This document shows positions 55,410 to 56,995 of a stretch of 56,995 bases of DNA, piece after piece. The DNA is from an uncultured Acidimicrobiia bacterium (lineage in GTDB: Bacteria; Actinomycetota; Acidimicrobiia; Spongiisociales; JAOTWH01). The number at the start of each line of letters is the position of its first letter. Within the stretch, counting starts at the first letter, position 1. The DNA lies in the NCBI GenBank assembly GCA_964347285.1, contig CAYFYE010000005.1:1-56995 (forward strand). Direction: 5' to 3'. The translations under genes and the position numbers were made by a program. The notes below the pieces were generated by a model. That model worked only from the letters and a program-made list of their open reading frames with translations. It did not search any database and had not been told where the DNA came from.

Positions 55410-56771
55410 TTACGGCCAAGCCGCGTCGATGTCCTCCAGCACGCTGGTCAACGAGTCCGCGCCCTGGCGCATGTAGGTGTTCATGCCCGTCCAGAACTGG
55501 CCCGACCCGACCTCGGATGGCATCAGGTCCGAGGCGTCGAACCGGAAGCCCTCTCCGGCGAGTGCCGTCACCACGGCGTCGGCCTGCGTCGCCAGGATCT
55601 CGTCCCGGTAGCAGTCGGCGCCGACGCTGATGTTCGGCGAGATTCGGCCGGCGGCGCTTCCGCCCTGGGCGCACTGCACCTCGGTCGACGTGAAGTCGGC
55701 GAGGAACTCACGCACCTCGGGACGGTCGTTGAACACCGCCGCCAGCTCGCCGGCGCCGAGAGCGGCGTCGAGGCCGGGGTCGATGTTCGGGAAGGCGAAC
55801 ACGCCGTAGTCTACGCCCGCTTCCAGGCCGGAGGCACCTTCTTCATCCCCAGGACGGTTGAAGAACTGCGGGATGAACGATGCCTGGCGATGCAGGAAGC
55901 AGCTCGGCGGATCGTTGAACATCGGGTCCGGGGCATCCCGGAAGTCGATGTCGGGAATCGCCGAGGCGCCTCCGAGCACGTAACCCTCGGTGAACACGAT
56001 GTCGCCGAGCAGCTCGGCAGCACGGGTCACCTCGGGGCTGGTGAACAGCAGGTCATGGGTGACCCACTGGTCGTACAGCTCGGAGCCCGCCGTGCGGAGC
56101 ATGATGTCTTCCATCCAGTCCGTGGCCGGCCAGCCGGTGGCGGCATCGCTACCGGTCCCGACGCACCACGGCGTGCCCCCGTCGGCGACGATCTGGTCAC
56201 TGAGCGCGAGCAGATCGTCCCAGGTCTCCGGGATCTCGTACCCGGCGTCCTCGAAGGCGGGCTGCGGGTACCAGATCAGGCTCTTCAGGTTGGCGTTGGT
56301 CGGCAGGCCGTAGTGCTTGCCGTCCACTTCGCCAAGCGAGAGCAGGTAGGTCCCGAACGTGGCCTCGAGCTCGGCAATGTCGAAGCCGAGGTCCTCGAGC
56401 GCGATCGCATTGCCCTCCTCTGCCTGCTGCACCAGGGCACCCGGCTGGGGATAGAGGGCGATGTCGGGCGGGTTGCCGCCGTCGACGCGGATCTTGATCT
56501 GCTCCTCGAAGGAGTCCGAGCCCTCGTAGATGGCCTCGTAGCCCTTCACCGCGTTGATCTCCGAGTCGATGATGTTCTGCACCTCTTCGGCCTCGATGCC
56601 GGAGAAGGCGCCGAAGACGTTGACGACGGGCTCGTCGCCGACGTCAGCAGGCGGCTCGGTGTCTTCCGACACCTCGGTGGTCTCGGCAGCTGTGTCCTCG
56701 GCCGTGTCACCACACGCGGAAGCGATCAGGGCCAACACGAAGACAAGCGCTAGCCATCTGTATTTCCTCAT
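55410..56771 (-). CDS. Carbohydrate ABC substrate-binding lipoprotein (AglE alpha-glucoside-like)
   Basis: Lipobox IASAC, GNPPDIA..PQPG, KSLIWY, ATGWPATDWMED, RFDASDLMP; GAGGAGG SD. Confidence 0.92.
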   Translation of the reverse strand: MRKYRWLALVFVLALIASACGDTAEDTAAETTEVSEDTEPPADVGDEPVVNVFGAFSGIEAEEVQNIIDSEINAVKGYEAIYEGSDSFEEQIKIRVDGGNPPDIALYPQPGALVQQAEEGNAIALEDLGFDIAELEATFGTYLLSLGEVDGKHYGLPTNANLKSLIWYPQPAFEDAGYEIPETWDDLLALSDQIVADGGTPWCVGTGSDAATGWPATDWMEDIMLRTAGSELYDQWVTHDLLFTSPEVTRAAELLGDIVFTEGYVLGGASAIPDIDFRDAPDPMFNDPPSCFLHRQASFIPQFFNRPGDEEGASGLEAGVDYGVFAFPNIDPGLDAALGAGELAAVFNDRPEVREFLADFTSTEVQCAQGGSAAGRISPNISVGADCYRDEILATQADAVVTALAGEGFRFDASDLMPSEVGSGQFWTGMNTYMRQGADSLTSVLEDIDAAWP

Positions 56772-56995
56772 CGTTTGGCTGTTCCTCCTCTTTCGCCACG
56801 TGTCTTCTCAGGCGAGTCCCCAGGACTCGCCGCTTCGGACACTACCCAAAGCTATCGCCTCTGGCACATCGCCTCCAGAGGCGTTGGCCCCTATGTTTCG
56901 TAGAGCGCGATCAGCACCACCTCCCGTAGCTACGAGGGCGAGCGGGCGCCGGCCGGTGGGACCGGTAGCATGGCGGCGGTGAGCGAGCCGGCCGA

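Overview
High-GC actinobacterial window, most consistent with an Acidimicrobiia-like assembly; it contains one 10-N scaffold gap inside ftsH. Positions 1-14.2 kb carry a rearranged form of the conserved actinobacterial block: sigR/sigH and its anti-sigma, a zinc metalloprotease, tilS, hpt, ftsH, folP, folK, a DUF2520 gene, panC, coaX, lysS and clpC. folE, folB, panD and lsr2 are absent from it, and a phosphatase-fold protein without the catalytic Cys occupies the folB slot. A hybrid histidine kinase and tRNA-Thr(CGT) follow. The most unusual part is the 12-kb minus-strand locus at 17072-29216, beside the tRNA. It encodes three tandem APH/choline-kinase-fold proteins (one apparently catalytically dead), two paralogous GH-A TIM-barrel/GT2/membrane fusions (one lacking the likely GH nucleophile), a GT-B glycosyltransferase, and an ABC exporter fused in frame to a C-terminal alkyltransferase-like (MGMT/ATL) DNA-binding domain. 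Next come a FetAB-type ABC pair and two secreted enzymes that share a repeat-built C-terminal module. The rest is an acyl-CoA dehydrogenase, an acyltransferase, holB, tmk, an MFS transporter, topA, a GT4, a tandem histidine phosphatase, a K+-dependent (probably Na+-pumping) membrane PPase beside trkH/trkA, an LCP protein, a truncated frameshifted threonine synthase and a sugar ABC uptake operon. No CRISPR array, integrase or transposase was seen. All calls come from motif recognition by eye; no searches were run.
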